Below, piece after piece: positions 20,188-29,604 of a stretch of 64,000 bases of DNA (positions are counted from its first letter, which is position 1; each line of letters opens with the position of its first letter). The notes below the pieces were generated by a model that saw nothing but the letters and a program-made list of their open reading frames with translations, did not search any database and was not told where the DNA came from. Both the position numbers and the translations under genes were made by a program. The stretch comes from Rhizobium sp. Its GTDB lineage: Bacteria > Pseudomonadota > Gammaproteobacteria > Xanthomonadales > Xanthomonadaceae. The stretch is from positions 5,761-69,760 of the forward strand of contig JAIBEO010000017.1 in the NCBI GenBank assembly GCA_019459185.1. Direction: 5' to 3'.

Positions 20188-22620
20188 TCAGAACGACTGC
20201 GAGAAGCGGATGCCCACGGTGCGCGGGCGGATGGTGGCCGTGTAGACCTGGCCGTCCGTGTACACCGGGTCCACGCCCGAGGCGCCGCACACGGTCTCGC
20301 CGCAGGCCGTGAACTTGAAGATCTCGGCCCGCTCGTCGAACAGGTTCGACACGTACAGGTCCACCGACCAGTCGTTCTTGCGGAAGCCCGCCGAGAAGTC
20401 GGCCGTGGTGTAGGCACCCAGGTCGCCCAGGATGCTGCGCTCGAGCAGGCGCAGGTCCGACTTGCGCTCGCCCACATGCGACAGTGCCGCCTGCCAGTAG
20501 GCTTCGCCGCCCGCCAGGTCAAACGAGTAGCGTGCGATCAGGTTGCCCTTGAACTTCGGCGTCACCGGCAGCTGCGTGCCGCTCGGCGCTTCCGGGTCGG
20601 CGCAATCCGTCACCGGGTTGCCGTTGATGTCGGTGAAGCCGCAGTAGTTGTCGGTCAGCTTGGCGTCGTAGAAGGCCACGCCGCCGCCGATGCTCAGGTT
20701 GTAGCTGGCCGCCCAGTTCAGCTCCAGCTCCATACCGTCGATCTGCGCCTGGTTGGCGTTCTTGATTTCCGTCAGGCCGTTCGCACCCAGGATCGAGAAC
20801 TGGAAGTCCTCCCAGTCCTGGCGGAACACCGAGCCGTTGAACGAGAGGCGGTTATCGGCCCAGGTGGTCTTCCAGCCGATCTCGAAGTTGGTCAGGTAGT
20901 CCGACAGGTAGGGCGGCAGCGTGCCGCGGCGGTTGATGCCGCCCGGGCGGAAGCCTTCCGACCAAGTGAAGTACACCATCTTGGTGTCGTCGATCTGGAA
21001 AGTCAGGTTCGCCTTGCCGATGGTGCCCGAATCGTCCACCTTCTTGTCGAGGTTGATGCAGGGCGCGCCGTTGAAGTCGGTCTGGTCGAAGCAGGCGGCC
21101 TCGCCCGTGCCGCTGCTGTAGCCCGCGCTGTAGCCGAAGAAGCCCTTGAGGCTGTTGTCGGCCTGGAAATGGCGCGCGCCGATGGTGCCGGTCAGGCGGT
21201 CGGTGAAGTCGAAGCTCAGTTCGCCGAACACCGCCTGGTCGTCGTCCTCGCGGAACTGCTTGGTCAGCCAGATCGTGTTCGGCCAGCCGGTGACGTGCAG
21301 GGAATCGGCGATGCCGTCGATGCGGTAGTCCTGCTGGATGTCATGGTCCTGCTGCTGGAAGAAGAAGCCGCCGACGAAGCGCAGGCGATTCTCCTGCGGC
21401 GAGGCGATGCGGATTTCGTGGCTGGCCTTCTTGTACTGGTCGCGGAACTGGATGTACTGCGACGGGTTCACCAGGTTGCCGTCGTTGTCGTAGAAGTAGG
21501 CGCCGTAGCCGCCCAGGGTGTCGTACCAGAAGGCGTAGTCGCTGTAGTCCGAGGCGCCGTCGACGTCGCGGTCGAGGTGGGCGTAGGCGTAGGTGACGTC
21601 GAAGTTGCCGATCTTGCCCTCGATGGTCAGCGCGGCCTGGGTCCACTGGTCGTCCGAGTACTCGGGGTTGAAGTGCGTGACCTCGAGGTCGCCCACCACC
21701 GGGTCGAAGGCGAAGAAGCCGCCGGCCTCGGTGCGCTGGTGCATCACGGTGGGGCTGATGGTCCAGTTGTCGTTGAGGTTGATCACCGCACCGATGCGCG
21801 CGCCCATCGTGTCGATGTCGTTGTAGTCCTTGCCGGCCAGGTCGTCGTTGAACTCGGTGCCGTTGCCGCCCGAGTCGGCGTCCCAGGACGGGTAGGTGCG
21901 GCTGCCGGAGACGTTGTCGATGTAGCCGGCCTCCTTCTCCTTCCAGCCCACCAGGCGGATGGCCGCGTTCTCGCCCATCGGGATGTTCACGAAGCCTTCG
22001 GCCACGTGGCCCATGCCGCCGCTGCTGGTGGAATCGAGGCCCACGGTGTAGCCGGCCTCGAAGCCGCTCGGGTCGGCCTTGTTGGTGATGATGCGCAGCG
22101 TGCCCGCCTGCGAACTGGCGCCGTACAGCGTGCCCTGCGGGCCGGCCAGCGCCTCGACGCGCTCGACGTCGTAGATGTGGATGTCCAGCGGGCCCTGGAT
22201 GGTGGTGATGGGCTGCTCGTCGAGGTAGACGCCCACGCTCGGCAGCGAGCCGGAGTGGTTGCCGTCGCCGCCGGAAGCCACGCCGCGCATGTAGATCTGG
22301 GCGAAGCCGGGGCCGAAGGTCTGGTAGGAGACCGAGGGCAGGTATTTGACGTAGTCCTCGAAGTTGGTGACGTTCAGGTCGTCCAGGCGCTGGGAGTCCA
22401 GCACCTGCAGGCTGATCGGCACCTTCTGCAGGTTCTCGGTGCGCTTTTGCGCGGTCACCGTGACCTCGTCGAGCGTGACGGCCTGCTGCTCGGCTTCCGG
22501 CGCGGCTTCCTGGGCGAACGCGGCGGAGCCGATCGCCAGGTAGATAGCGGCCGCCAGCGAGGCGCGCGACAGCGTGCGCGCCGTCCCCGCGCTCCGCCGT
22601 TTGATTGTCTGCTTGCTCAT
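20188..22620 (-). CDS. TonB-dependent outer-membrane receptor
   Basis: Signal peptide, TonB box LDEVTVTAQKR, plug motif VERVEALAGPQGTLYGASSQAG, C-terminal TVGIRFSQSF; true start MSKQTIK inside the longer ORF 20188..24378. Confidence 0.93.
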   Translation of the reverse strand: MSKQTIKRRSAGTARTLSRASLAAAIYLAIGSAAFAQEAAPEAEQQAVTLDEVTVTAQKRTENLQKVPISLQVLDSQRLDDLNVTNFEDYVKYLPSVSYQTFGPGFAQIYMRGVASGGDGNHSGSLPSVGVYLDEQPITTIQGPLDIHIYDVERVEALAGPQGTLYGASSQAGTLRIITNKADPSGFEAGYTVGLDSTSSGGMGHVAEGFVNIPMGENAAIRLVGWKEKEAGYIDNVSGSRTYPSWDADSGGNGTEFNDDLAGKDYNDIDTMGARIGAVINLNDNWTISPTVMHQRTEAGGFFAFDPVVGDLEVTHFNPEYSDDQWTQAALTIEGKIGNFDVTYAYAHLDRDVDGASDYSDYAFWYDTLGGYGAYFYDNDGNLVNPSQYIQFRDQYKKASHEIRIASPQENRLRFVGGFFFQQQDHDIQQDYRIDGIADSLHVTGWPNTIWLTKQFREDDDQAVFGELSFDFTDRLTGTIGARHFQADNSLKGFFGYSAGYSSGTGEAACFDQTDFNGAPCINLDKKVDDSGTIGKANLTFQIDDTKMVYFTWSEGFRPGGINRRGTLPPYLSDYLTNFEIGWKTTWADNRLSFNGSVFRQDWEDFQFSILGANGLTEIKNANQAQIDGMELELNWAASYNLSIGGGVAFYDAKLTDNYCGFTDINGNPVTDCADPEAPSGTQLPVTPKFKGNLIARYSFDLAGGEAYWQAALSHVGERKSDLRLLERSILGDLGAYTTADFSAGFRKNDWSVDLYVSNLFDERAEIFKFTACGETVCGASGVDPVYTDGQVYTATIRPRTVGIRFSQSF

Positions 22621-22670
22621 TTCCTTCCCCTCGGCTTGCTTTGTTGGTGTGGGTGTTGCGTGGTGTTGCG

Positions 22671-24689
22671 TCAGCGGAAATGCGGTACGTCCGGGTAGGC
22701 CGTGAGCACGGGGCCCAGGGCGTCCTTGAGCGGCTCGAGCCAGGGCTCGAAGTGGCGCCAGTGGTCGACGCCGTCGCGGTAGATGGGCTGGCGCACCTGC
22801 TCGGAGCTGGCGGTGCGCACGGGGCGCTTGTTCTCGAAGAAGCGCAGGCAGCCTTCCTCGAAGGGCAGGCCGCAGTAGTCGAGCAGGCGCCGCACCTCGG
22901 CTTCGGTGTCGTCGACCATGGATTCGTAGAACACGCGGTGCACGCGCCCCGGCAGCACGGCGTCGTAGTGCGCCATCAGGCGCACGTAGTCGGCGTAGTA
23001 GCGGCCGATGTCGGCCAGCGAATAGGTGAAGGCCTGGCCGCGGGCGAAGTGCTGCTTGAAGCCCGAGAAGCAGCAGGCCAGGGGGTGCCGGCGGGCGTCG
23101 ATGATGCGCGCGTTCGGCAGCATCAGGTGGATCAGCCCGATGTGCATGAAGTTGTTCGGCATCTTGTCGATGAAGAACGGCGCGCCGGTCTTGCGCTGGA
23201 TGCGGGTGTGCTCGAGGTACTGCTGGCCGAGTTCGCGCAGGCGGGCCGGGTCGAGCGAGGCCAGCACGTCGTGGTAGGGCAGGGACTGGCCGGCCTCGCC
23301 GAGCTTGCGCAGCTCGCGGGTGATCGAGATCACCTCGGGCAGCTCCATGGTGCCTTCCACCGCCGAGTGGCTGGAGAGGATCTGCTCGACCAGGGTGGAG
23401 CCGGCGCGCGGCAGGCCCAGCACGAAGATCGGGTCGGGCTCGGGCGCCCCGGCGCCGGCGCGCGCGGCGAAGAATTCCGGCGTGTAGGTGCGCTCGATCT
23501 TCTCCACCCGGGCCGCGGTGTCGTCGGCCGCGTAGTGCAGCTGGGCGCGGCGCAGCGCGTTGCCCTGGTCGTAATGGCCGAAGGAGGCGGCGTAGTCGGC
23601 GCGGTCTTCGAGCGCCTTGCCCAGCGCGAAGTGCAGGTGCTGCACGTCCTCGGGCGCCAGGCCCGGGCGTGCGAGCTGGGCCTGCATGGCGGCTACGTCT
23701 TCGTCGCTGAACTTGAAGGTCTTGAGGTTGGCCAGGCTCCACCAGACTTCGCCGCAGGAAGGGTCCACCGCCAGGCTGCGGCGGTAGGCGGCGATGGCGC
23801 GGTCGGTGTGGCCGGCGGTCTTGAGCGCGTGGCCCTGGCTGAGCCAGATCTTGGCCTGGCCCGGGTGCTCGCGCAGGATGCCGTCGTAGAGCGCGATGGC
23901 CTGCTCGTAGTCGCCGGTGCGGCACAGCACCACGGCCTTGAGGTTGCGGTAGTTGGGGTTGCGCGGGTCGGTGGCCAGCAGCAGGTCGATCTGCGCCAGC
24001 GCCTCGCGCGGCTTGTTGCCGCGGTGCAGGACCAGGGCGTAGTTCTGGCGCGCGGCCTGGAAGCCGGGTGCGAGTTCCAGGCAGCGCTCGAGCAGGCGCT
24101 CGGCGTCTTCCTGGCGGCCGATGCGCGCGGCCAGCTCGGCCATCATGCGCAGCGCGGCCACGTCGGTGGGCGCGGCCGCGAGGTGTTCGCGCAGCAGCGC
24201 TTCGGCCTTGGGCAGCTCGTTCGCATGCAGCGCCGAGGCGGCGGCCAGCAGGCGCGGGTCGCGGGTGGAGAAGCGCACGTGGCTGGCGTAGGCCTCGTCG
24301 GCGGCCTCGAGATCGCCGGCGGCGGCGAGCTGGTCGCCCAGCGCGCGCCAGGCCTGCGGCAGCCCGGGCTTGAGCCACACGGCGCGGCGCAGCGCGGCGA
24401 TGGCGCCGGCGGTGTCGCCGGCCAGGCCGAGCGCGATGCCCAGTTCATGGTGCGCCAGCGCCCAGTTAGGCTGACTGGCCACCAGCGGCCGCAGCGCGTC
24501 GAGCGCGGGCTGCAGCTGGCCCTGCAGGCGGCGCGAGACCGCCAGAATCAAAACGGCCATCGGGTGTTCGCCGACGGCCGTGATGATTTCGCGGGCTTGT
24601 TCGCCGGCAAGCGCGGGCTGGGTCTCGAGCAGCCGGGTGGCATGCGCGAGCGCTTCGTCCAGCCCGGCGGTGGGTTCGGCGGTGGCCAT
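22671..24689 (-). CDS. TPR-repeat sulfotransferase family protein
   Basis: Multiple TPR helices, then PIFVLGLPRAGSTLVEQIL (5'-PAPS loop), FFIDKMP, IIDARRHP, VFYESMV; alternative GTG start at 24716. Confidence 0.85.
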   Translation of the reverse strand: MATAEPTAGLDEALAHATRLLETQPALAGEQAREIITAVGEHPMAVLILAVSRRLQGQLQPALDALRPLVASQPNWALAHHELGIALGLAGDTAGAIAALRRAVWLKPGLPQAWRALGDQLAAAGDLEAADEAYASHVRFSTRDPRLLAAASALHANELPKAEALLREHLAAAPTDVAALRMMAELAARIGRQEDAERLLERCLELAPGFQAARQNYALVLHRGNKPREALAQIDLLLATDPRNPNYRNLKAVVLCRTGDYEQAIALYDGILREHPGQAKIWLSQGHALKTAGHTDRAIAAYRRSLAVDPSCGEVWWSLANLKTFKFSDEDVAAMQAQLARPGLAPEDVQHLHFALGKALEDRADYAASFGHYDQGNALRRAQLHYAADDTAARVEKIERTYTPEFFAARAGAGAPEPDPIFVLGLPRAGSTLVEQILSSHSAVEGTMELPEVISITRELRKLGEAGQSLPYHDVLASLDPARLRELGQQYLEHTRIQRKTGAPFFIDKMPNNFMHIGLIHLMLPNARIIDARRHPLACCFSGFKQHFARGQAFTYSLADIGRYYADYVRLMAHYDAVLPGRVHRVFYESMVDDTEAEVRRLLDYCGLPFEEGCLRFFENKRPVRTASSEQVRQPIYRDGVDHWRHFEPWLEPLKDALGPVLTAYPDVPHFR

Positions 24690-24764
24690 GGCGGCGGTGG
24701 CGGCTCCGGGGGTCACGGGGTCTTCACCCGAATCTAACGTTGTCGCCGGCCGCGGGATAGTCCC

Positions 24765-26153
24765 TCATAGCCCCCCCAGCAGCCGGTGGGTGAATTCCAG
24801 CGACTGGTCGAAGGCCTCGGCGCCGATGCGCTCGTCCTGGCCGTGCGAGCGGTCGTCGTCCACGTCGTAGGGGATGCCGTTGAACACGTACACCGGCAGG
24901 CCGGCGGCCCGCAGGAACAGGCTGTCGGTGGCGCCGGCCGACATGTAGGGCGCCACCGGGATGGGGCCCCAGAGCGGCGTGGCGGCGTCGCGGATGGCCT
25001 GGAACAGGGCCTCGTCCACCGGCGAGGGCGGGCTGGGCGTGGGTTCGGCCACCCGGCGGATCGTGATGCCCGGATCAGCCACCGCGGCGGCCAGCCAGCG
25101 GTCCACCCGGGCCGGGTCTTCGTCGGGCAGCATCCGGCAGTTCACTGTGGCCCGGGCCAGCTGGGGCAGGGCGTTTTCGGCGTGGCCGCCCTCGAGCAGG
25201 GTGGGGGTGCAGGTGGTGCGCAGCTGGGCGTTGTCGTAGGCCGAGCGGGCGGCCAGGCGGCGCAGGGCGGCTTCGTCCTGCGGCAGCGCGGCGGCGGCGG
25301 CCATGTCGGCGGCGGTGGCGCCGGTTTCGAGTTTCGCCAGGCGGGCGTAGTGGCCGCGGGTGGCGGAATTGGTGCGCAGCGGGAATTCGAAGGCGGCCAG
25401 GCCGGCCAGGCCCTTCGCCAGCCGGTGGATGGCGTTGTCGGGCGTGGGCACCGAGCTGTGGCCGCCGGGGTTGCGCACTTCGAAGGTGTAGCTCAGGTAG
25501 ACCTTCTCGGCGGTCTGCACCGGCAGCACCGCCGGCTGGCCGCCGCGGATTTCGGGGCCGCCGCCGTCGAAGTTGATGGCGTAGGCGGCGTCGAGCAGGT
25601 CGGGGCGGTTCGCCAGCAGCCACTGGATGCCGTTGGCCACGCCGTCTTCCTCGCCGGCGGTGAGCAGCAGCAGGTAGTCGCCGCGCGGCACGGTGCCTTC
25701 GGCGCGCAGGCGCAGGAGCGCGGCGGCCGCGCCGGCGGCGCCGCCCTTGATGTCCATGGTGCCGCGGCCGTAGAGCCAGCCTTCGCGTTCGGTGAGCGCG
25801 AACGGGTCGAGCGTCCAGTCCTCGCGGCGGGCTTCCACCACGTCCAGGTGGGCCATCAGCAGCACCGGCTTGCGCTCGCCGCGGCCACGCAGGCGCAGCA
25901 CCAGGTTCTTGCGCAGCGGGTCGTCGCCGAGCAGCAGCACGTCTTCGCGCGGGAAGCCTTCGGCGAGGAAGCGCGCGGCCAGCTTTTCCGCGGCGGCCGT
26001 GGTGCCGGCGCGGGGCGTGGTGTCGGTTTCGATGAGCAGGCGCAGCAGCTCGCGGCCGCGCGCGCGCTCGTGCTCGGGGGCCTGCGGCGGCGTGGCGCCC
26101 GCCGCGGTCGCGAGCAGCAGGGCCAGGGCGAGCAGGGCGGGGCGGGGCGTCAT
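24765..26153 (-). CDS. Secreted M20/M25/M40 family metallopeptidase/amidohydrolase
   Basis: Signal peptide; LMAHLDVV, GRGTMDIKG, GEED, PGGHSS, HGQDE metal-binding motifs. Confidence 0.88.
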   Translation of the reverse strand: MTPRPALLALALLLATAAGATPPQAPEHERARGRELLRLLIETDTTPRAGTTAAAEKLAARFLAEGFPREDVLLLGDDPLRKNLVLRLRGRGERKPVLLMAHLDVVEARREDWTLDPFALTEREGWLYGRGTMDIKGGAAGAAAALLRLRAEGTVPRGDYLLLLTAGEEDGVANGIQWLLANRPDLLDAAYAINFDGGGPEIRGGQPAVLPVQTAEKVYLSYTFEVRNPGGHSSVPTPDNAIHRLAKGLAGLAAFEFPLRTNSATRGHYARLAKLETGATAADMAAAAALPQDEAALRRLAARSAYDNAQLRTTCTPTLLEGGHAENALPQLARATVNCRMLPDEDPARVDRWLAAAVADPGITIRRVAEPTPSPPSPVDEALFQAIRDAATPLWGPIPVAPYMSAGATDSLFLRAAGLPVYVFNGIPYDVDDDRSHGQDERIGAEAFDQSLEFTHRLLGGL

Positions 26154-26166
26154 GGGCGGGTCCGGG

Positions 26167-27369
26167 TCAGGGGCGTTCGAGCGCCAGCGCCAGGCCCTGG
26201 CCCACGCCCACGCACAGGCTGACCAGGGCGCGGCGTTGGCCGTGGCGGCGCAGCGCGAAGGCGGCGGTCATGGCCAGGCGCGCGCCGCTGGCCCCGAGCG
26301 GATGGCCCAGCGCGATGGCGCCGCCGTTGCCGTTGAGCCGCGGGCTGTCGTCGGGCAGGCCCAGGGCCTGGGCGCAGGCCAGCACCTGGGCGGCGAAGGC
26401 TTCGTTGATTTCGATGCGGTCGAAGTCGTCCAGCGCCAGGCCCAGGCGCGGCAGCAGGCGGTTTATCGCCGGCACCGGGCCGAAGCCCATCACCCGCGGT
26501 TCCACGCCGGCCGAGGCCGCGCCGAGCACGCGTGCCAGCGGCTGCAGGCCATGCCGGGCCACGGCTTCGCCCGAGGCCAGCAGCACCGCGGCGGCGCCGT
26601 CGTTGAGGCCCGAGGCATTGCCGGCGGTGATGCTGGTGCCCGCGCCGAGCAGCGGCGGCAGCGCGGCCAGGGCTTCCTCCGTGGTGTCGGGGCGCAGGTG
26701 TTCGTCGAGCGAAACGGTTGCAGCGCGCCTTCCCTGGCCCGCCACGATCGGGGAGATCTCCTCGGCCAGCCAGCCTTCGCGCTGCGCGTGGGCGGTGCGC
26801 TGCTGGCTGCGCCAGGCGAAGGCGTCCTGGCGCTCGCGGCTGACGTGGTGTTCGCGCGCCAGGTTTTCGGCGGTCTGGCTCATCGGGTCCACGCCATGGC
26901 GGGCTTCGAAGGCCGGGTTCACGAAGCGCCAGCCCAGCGTGGTGTCCTGCAGCTGCTGCTCGCGGCCGAAGGCGGCGCCGGCCTTGGCCATCACGTAAGG
27001 CGCGCGGCTCATGCTTTCCACGCCGCCGGCCAGGACGAGGTCGGCGTCGCCCACGGCAATGGCGCGCGTGGCCTGGGCGATGGCCTCCAGGCCGGAGGCG
27101 CAGAGCCGGTTCACCGTCACCGCCGGCACCGTCACGGGCAGGCCGGCCAGCAGCGTGGCCATGCGCGCGACGTTGCGGTTGTCTTCGCCGGACTGGTTGG
27201 CGCAGCCGAGCATCACTTCATCCAGCGCCGCCCAGTCGAGCGACGGGTGGCGCGCCATGAGCGCCGCGATCGGCATGGCCGCCAGGTCATCGGCGCGCAC
27301 GGTGGACAGCGCGCCGCCGTAGCGGCCGAAGGGCGTTCGGGTGGCGTCGACCAGGAAAACCTCAGCCAC
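26167..27369 (-). CDS. pcaF: 3-oxoadipyl-CoA thiolase (PcaF/PaaJ-type)
   Basis: RTPFGRYGG, CANQSGEDNRNVARM, TVNRLCASG, DTTLGWRFVN, NEAFA, GHPLGASG, LCVGVGQG; GTG start. Confidence 0.85.
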   Translation of the reverse strand: MAEVFLVDATRTPFGRYGGALSTVRADDLAAMPIAALMARHPSLDWAALDEVMLGCANQSGEDNRNVARMATLLAGLPVTVPAVTVNRLCASGLEAIAQATRAIAVGDADLVLAGGVESMSRAPYVMAKAGAAFGREQQLQDTTLGWRFVNPAFEARHGVDPMSQTAENLAREHHVSRERQDAFAWRSQQRTAHAQREGWLAEEISPIVAGQGRRAATVSLDEHLRPDTTEEALAALPPLLGAGTSITAGNASGLNDGAAAVLLASGEAVARHGLQPLARVLGAASAGVEPRVMGFGPVPAINRLLPRLGLALDDFDRIEINEAFAAQVLACAQALGLPDDSPRLNGNGGAIALGHPLGASGARLAMTAAFALRRHGQRRALVSLCVGVGQGLALALERP

Positions 27370-28177
27370 GTCCGTGCCCCTGCAGCGCCGGCAGCCAGCC
27401 GCCCTGGCGGATGGCGCGTTCGATGGTCATCTGGGTCTCGTGCAGGATTGGCAGGATCTCCTCGACCGCACGCTTCTTCGAATCGGGCCGGTAGGGCATG
27501 CCCACGTTGAGCCCGGCCACCACTCGGCCATCGGCGGTGCGCACGGGCAGGGCGATCGAGCACAGGCCCAGTTCCAGTTCCTGCGCGGTCAGTGCGTAAC
27601 CCTGTTCGCGCACGCGCTTGAGCTCGGCCTTGAGCGCGCGCGCCTCGGTGAGCGTGTGCGCGGTGTGGGCGCTGGGCGGGTGCTGTTCCAGCCAGGCGTC
27701 GAGTTCGGCCGGCTCCAGCGCCGCCAGCATGACGCGGCCCATCGAGGTGGCGGCGGCCGGCAGCCGCGCACCCACGCCCAGGGCGATGCTCATCACGCGC
27801 CTCACCGGCACGCGCAGCACGTAAACGATGTCGGCGCCGTCGAGCACGGCCATCGAGCACGACTCGCCCACGCGCTGGGCCATCTGCTCCATGGCCTGCT
27901 GGGCCAGCTCGGTGAGGTCGAGCGAGGACAAGTAGCTGTAGCCCAGCTCCAGCACCCGCGGGGTGAGGAAAAACTGCCGGCCGCGCTGGCCGACGTAACC
28001 CAGGTGCTGCAGCGTCATCAGGCTGCGGCGCACCACCGCGCGCGACAGGCCGGTGCGGGTGGCCACGTCGGACAGGCTGGGCGTGGGCAGGTCGCGGCTG
28101 AAGGCGCGCAGCACGCTCAGGCCGCGTGCCAGCGACTGCACGTAGTCGGCGCTGTCCTCGAAAGGTTCGTCGGCCAT
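27362..28177 (-). CDS. pcaR: IclR family regulator, PcaR/PobR subtype
   Basis: DYVQSLARGLSVL, LTPRVLELGYSYLSS, GARLPAAATSMGRVML, QELELGLCSIA; adjacent to pcaF. Confidence 0.8.
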   Translation of the reverse strand: MADEPFEDSADYVQSLARGLSVLRAFSRDLPTPSLSDVATRTGLSRAVVRRSLMTLQHLGYVGQRGRQFFLTPRVLELGYSYLSSLDLTELAQQAMEQMAQRVGESCSMAVLDGADIVYVLRVPVRRVMSIALGVGARLPAAATSMGRVMLAALEPAELDAWLEQHPPSAHTAHTLTEARALKAELKRVREQGYALTAQELELGLCSIALPVRTADGRVVAGLNVGMPYRPDSKKRAVEEILPILHETQMTIERAIRQGGWLPALQGHGRG

Positions 28178-28226
28178 CGGGGCCCTTGGACTGGTTGACA
28201 GGCCGAGCCTAGGAGGATTCCAATGA

Positions 28227-28262
28227 GTTCGCAATACGAATTGATGTTCGATTACCGAACAT
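28227..28262. promoter_or_regulatory. Tandem PcaR/IclR-type operators in the divergent promoter region
   Basis: GTTCG-CAATA-CGAAT (28227-28241) and perfect ATGTTCG-ATTAC-CGAACAT (28244-28262); TTGACA at 28195-28200 upstream on the plus strand. Confidence 0.75.
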
Positions 28263-28287
28263 TTCAGGGTCCCGGGGGGAGATTCCG

Positions 28288-29604
28288 TTGCACAGCCGCG
28301 AGCGCGACAGCGTCCTGCACACCTGGTGCGTGCCCGCGATGTGGGACGCGCCCACCGTGGTCGGCGGCCGCGGCGCCCGGCTGGTGCTGGAAGGCGGCCG
28401 CGAGCTGCTCGACATGTCCAGCCTGGCCGAGTGCAGCAACCTGGGCCACCAGCACCCGGCCGTGGTGCGCGCCATCCGAGAGCAGGCCGAACGCCTGTGT
28501 TTCGTCACCAACGGCTGGGGCGCCACGCCGCGCCGCGAACTGGCCGAACGCCTGCTGGAAAAGGCTGGCTTCGAAGGCGGCCGCGTCTACTTCACCCTGG
28601 GCGGCGCCGACGCCAACGAACACGCGGTTAAGTTCGCGCGCCAGGCCCGCGACCTGCCGCAGGGCCTGGTGCTCACCCGCGAGCGCAGCTACCACGGCGC
28701 CAGTTACGCCACCATGGCGCTGTCGGACGACGAGCGCACCCGCCGCCAGGTGGACCCCGCCGCCTTCCAGGTGCTGCACGTGCCGGCGCCCTACGCCTAC
28801 CGCTGCCCCTTTGGCAGCCGCGACGACGCCAGCTGCGGCGAACGCGCGGCCGAGGCCATCGGCAGGCAGATCGAATCGCATGGCGCCGACACCGTGGCCG
28901 CCGTGCTGGTGGAAACCAACGCCGGCACCAACGGCATCGTCGCGCCCGACACCTACTGGCCGCGCCTGCGTGCGCTGACCCGCGACAACGGCGTGCTGCT
29001 CATTGCCGACGAGGTGATGTCGGGCTTCGGCCGCTGCGGCGAGTGGTTCGCCTGGCAGCGTTTCGGAGCGGAAGGACGCCCCGACCTGATGACGGTGGCC
29101 AAGGGCCTCACCGGCGCGCACCTGCCGCTGGGCGCCGTGCTGCTTTCCGCCGACGTGGCGGCGGTGCTGGAACCGCAGCAGCTGCAGACCGGCCTCACCT
29201 ACGCCGGCCACCCGCTGTGCTGCGCCGCCGGCCTGGCGGCGCTGCAGGCCTACGAGGACGAGGGGCTCATCGAGCGTTCGCGCCGGCTGGGCGCGCAGAT
29301 GTTCGCCACGCTCAAGGGCCTGCAGGCGCGCCATGCCGTCATCGGCGACGTGCGCGGCGGCCACGGCCTGTTCGCGGTGCTCGAGCTGGTGTCCGACCGC
29401 GCCACGCGCGCGCCGCTGGCGCCCTGGCCGCAGGTGCCGTCGGGCCTGCGCGCGCTGGTGGCCAAGGCGCGCGAGGCCGGCGTCTCCTTCGCCGTGCGCG
29501 GCAACCTGGTGATCCTGGCGCCGCCGCTGGTGATCGAAGAAAACGACCTGGCCGACGCCCTCGGCCTGCTGGACCGCCTGCTGGGCGAAATGGACGCCGC
29601 ATGA
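28288..29604 (+). CDS. Class-III PLP aminotransferase (omega/beta-amino-acid type)
   Basis: SNLGHQHP, GGADANEHA, RSYHG, LIADEVMSGFGRCG, DLMTVAKG (PLP Lys), GLTYAGHP; TTG start after a GGGGGAG RBS. Confidence 0.88.
   Translation: MHSRERDSVLHTWCVPAMWDAPTVVGGRGARLVLEGGRELLDMSSLAECSNLGHQHPAVVRAIREQAERLCFVTNGWGATPRRELAERLLEKAGFEGGRVYFTLGGADANEHAVKFARQARDLPQGLVLTRERSYHGASYATMALSDDERTRRQVDPAAFQVLHVPAPYAYRCPFGSRDDASCGERAAEAIGRQIESHGADTVAAVLVETNAGTNGIVAPDTYWPRLRALTRDNGVLLIADEVMSGFGRCGEWFAWQRFGAEGRPDLMTVAKGLTGAHLPLGAVLLSADVAAVLEPQQLQTGLTYAGHPLCCAAGLAALQAYEDEGLIERSRRLGAQMFATLKGLQARHAVIGDVRGGHGLFAVLELVSDRATRAPLAPWPQVPSGLRALVAKAREAGVSFAVRGNLVILAPPLVIEENDLADALGLLDRLLGEMDAA

Noticed and set aside
22621-24378. 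Apparent 1396-aa TonB receptor with a long N-terminal extension
   Set aside because: The extension is low-complexity Arg/Pro/Ala text overlapping the TPR-sulfotransferase in another frame; a signal peptide and RBS place the real start at 22620
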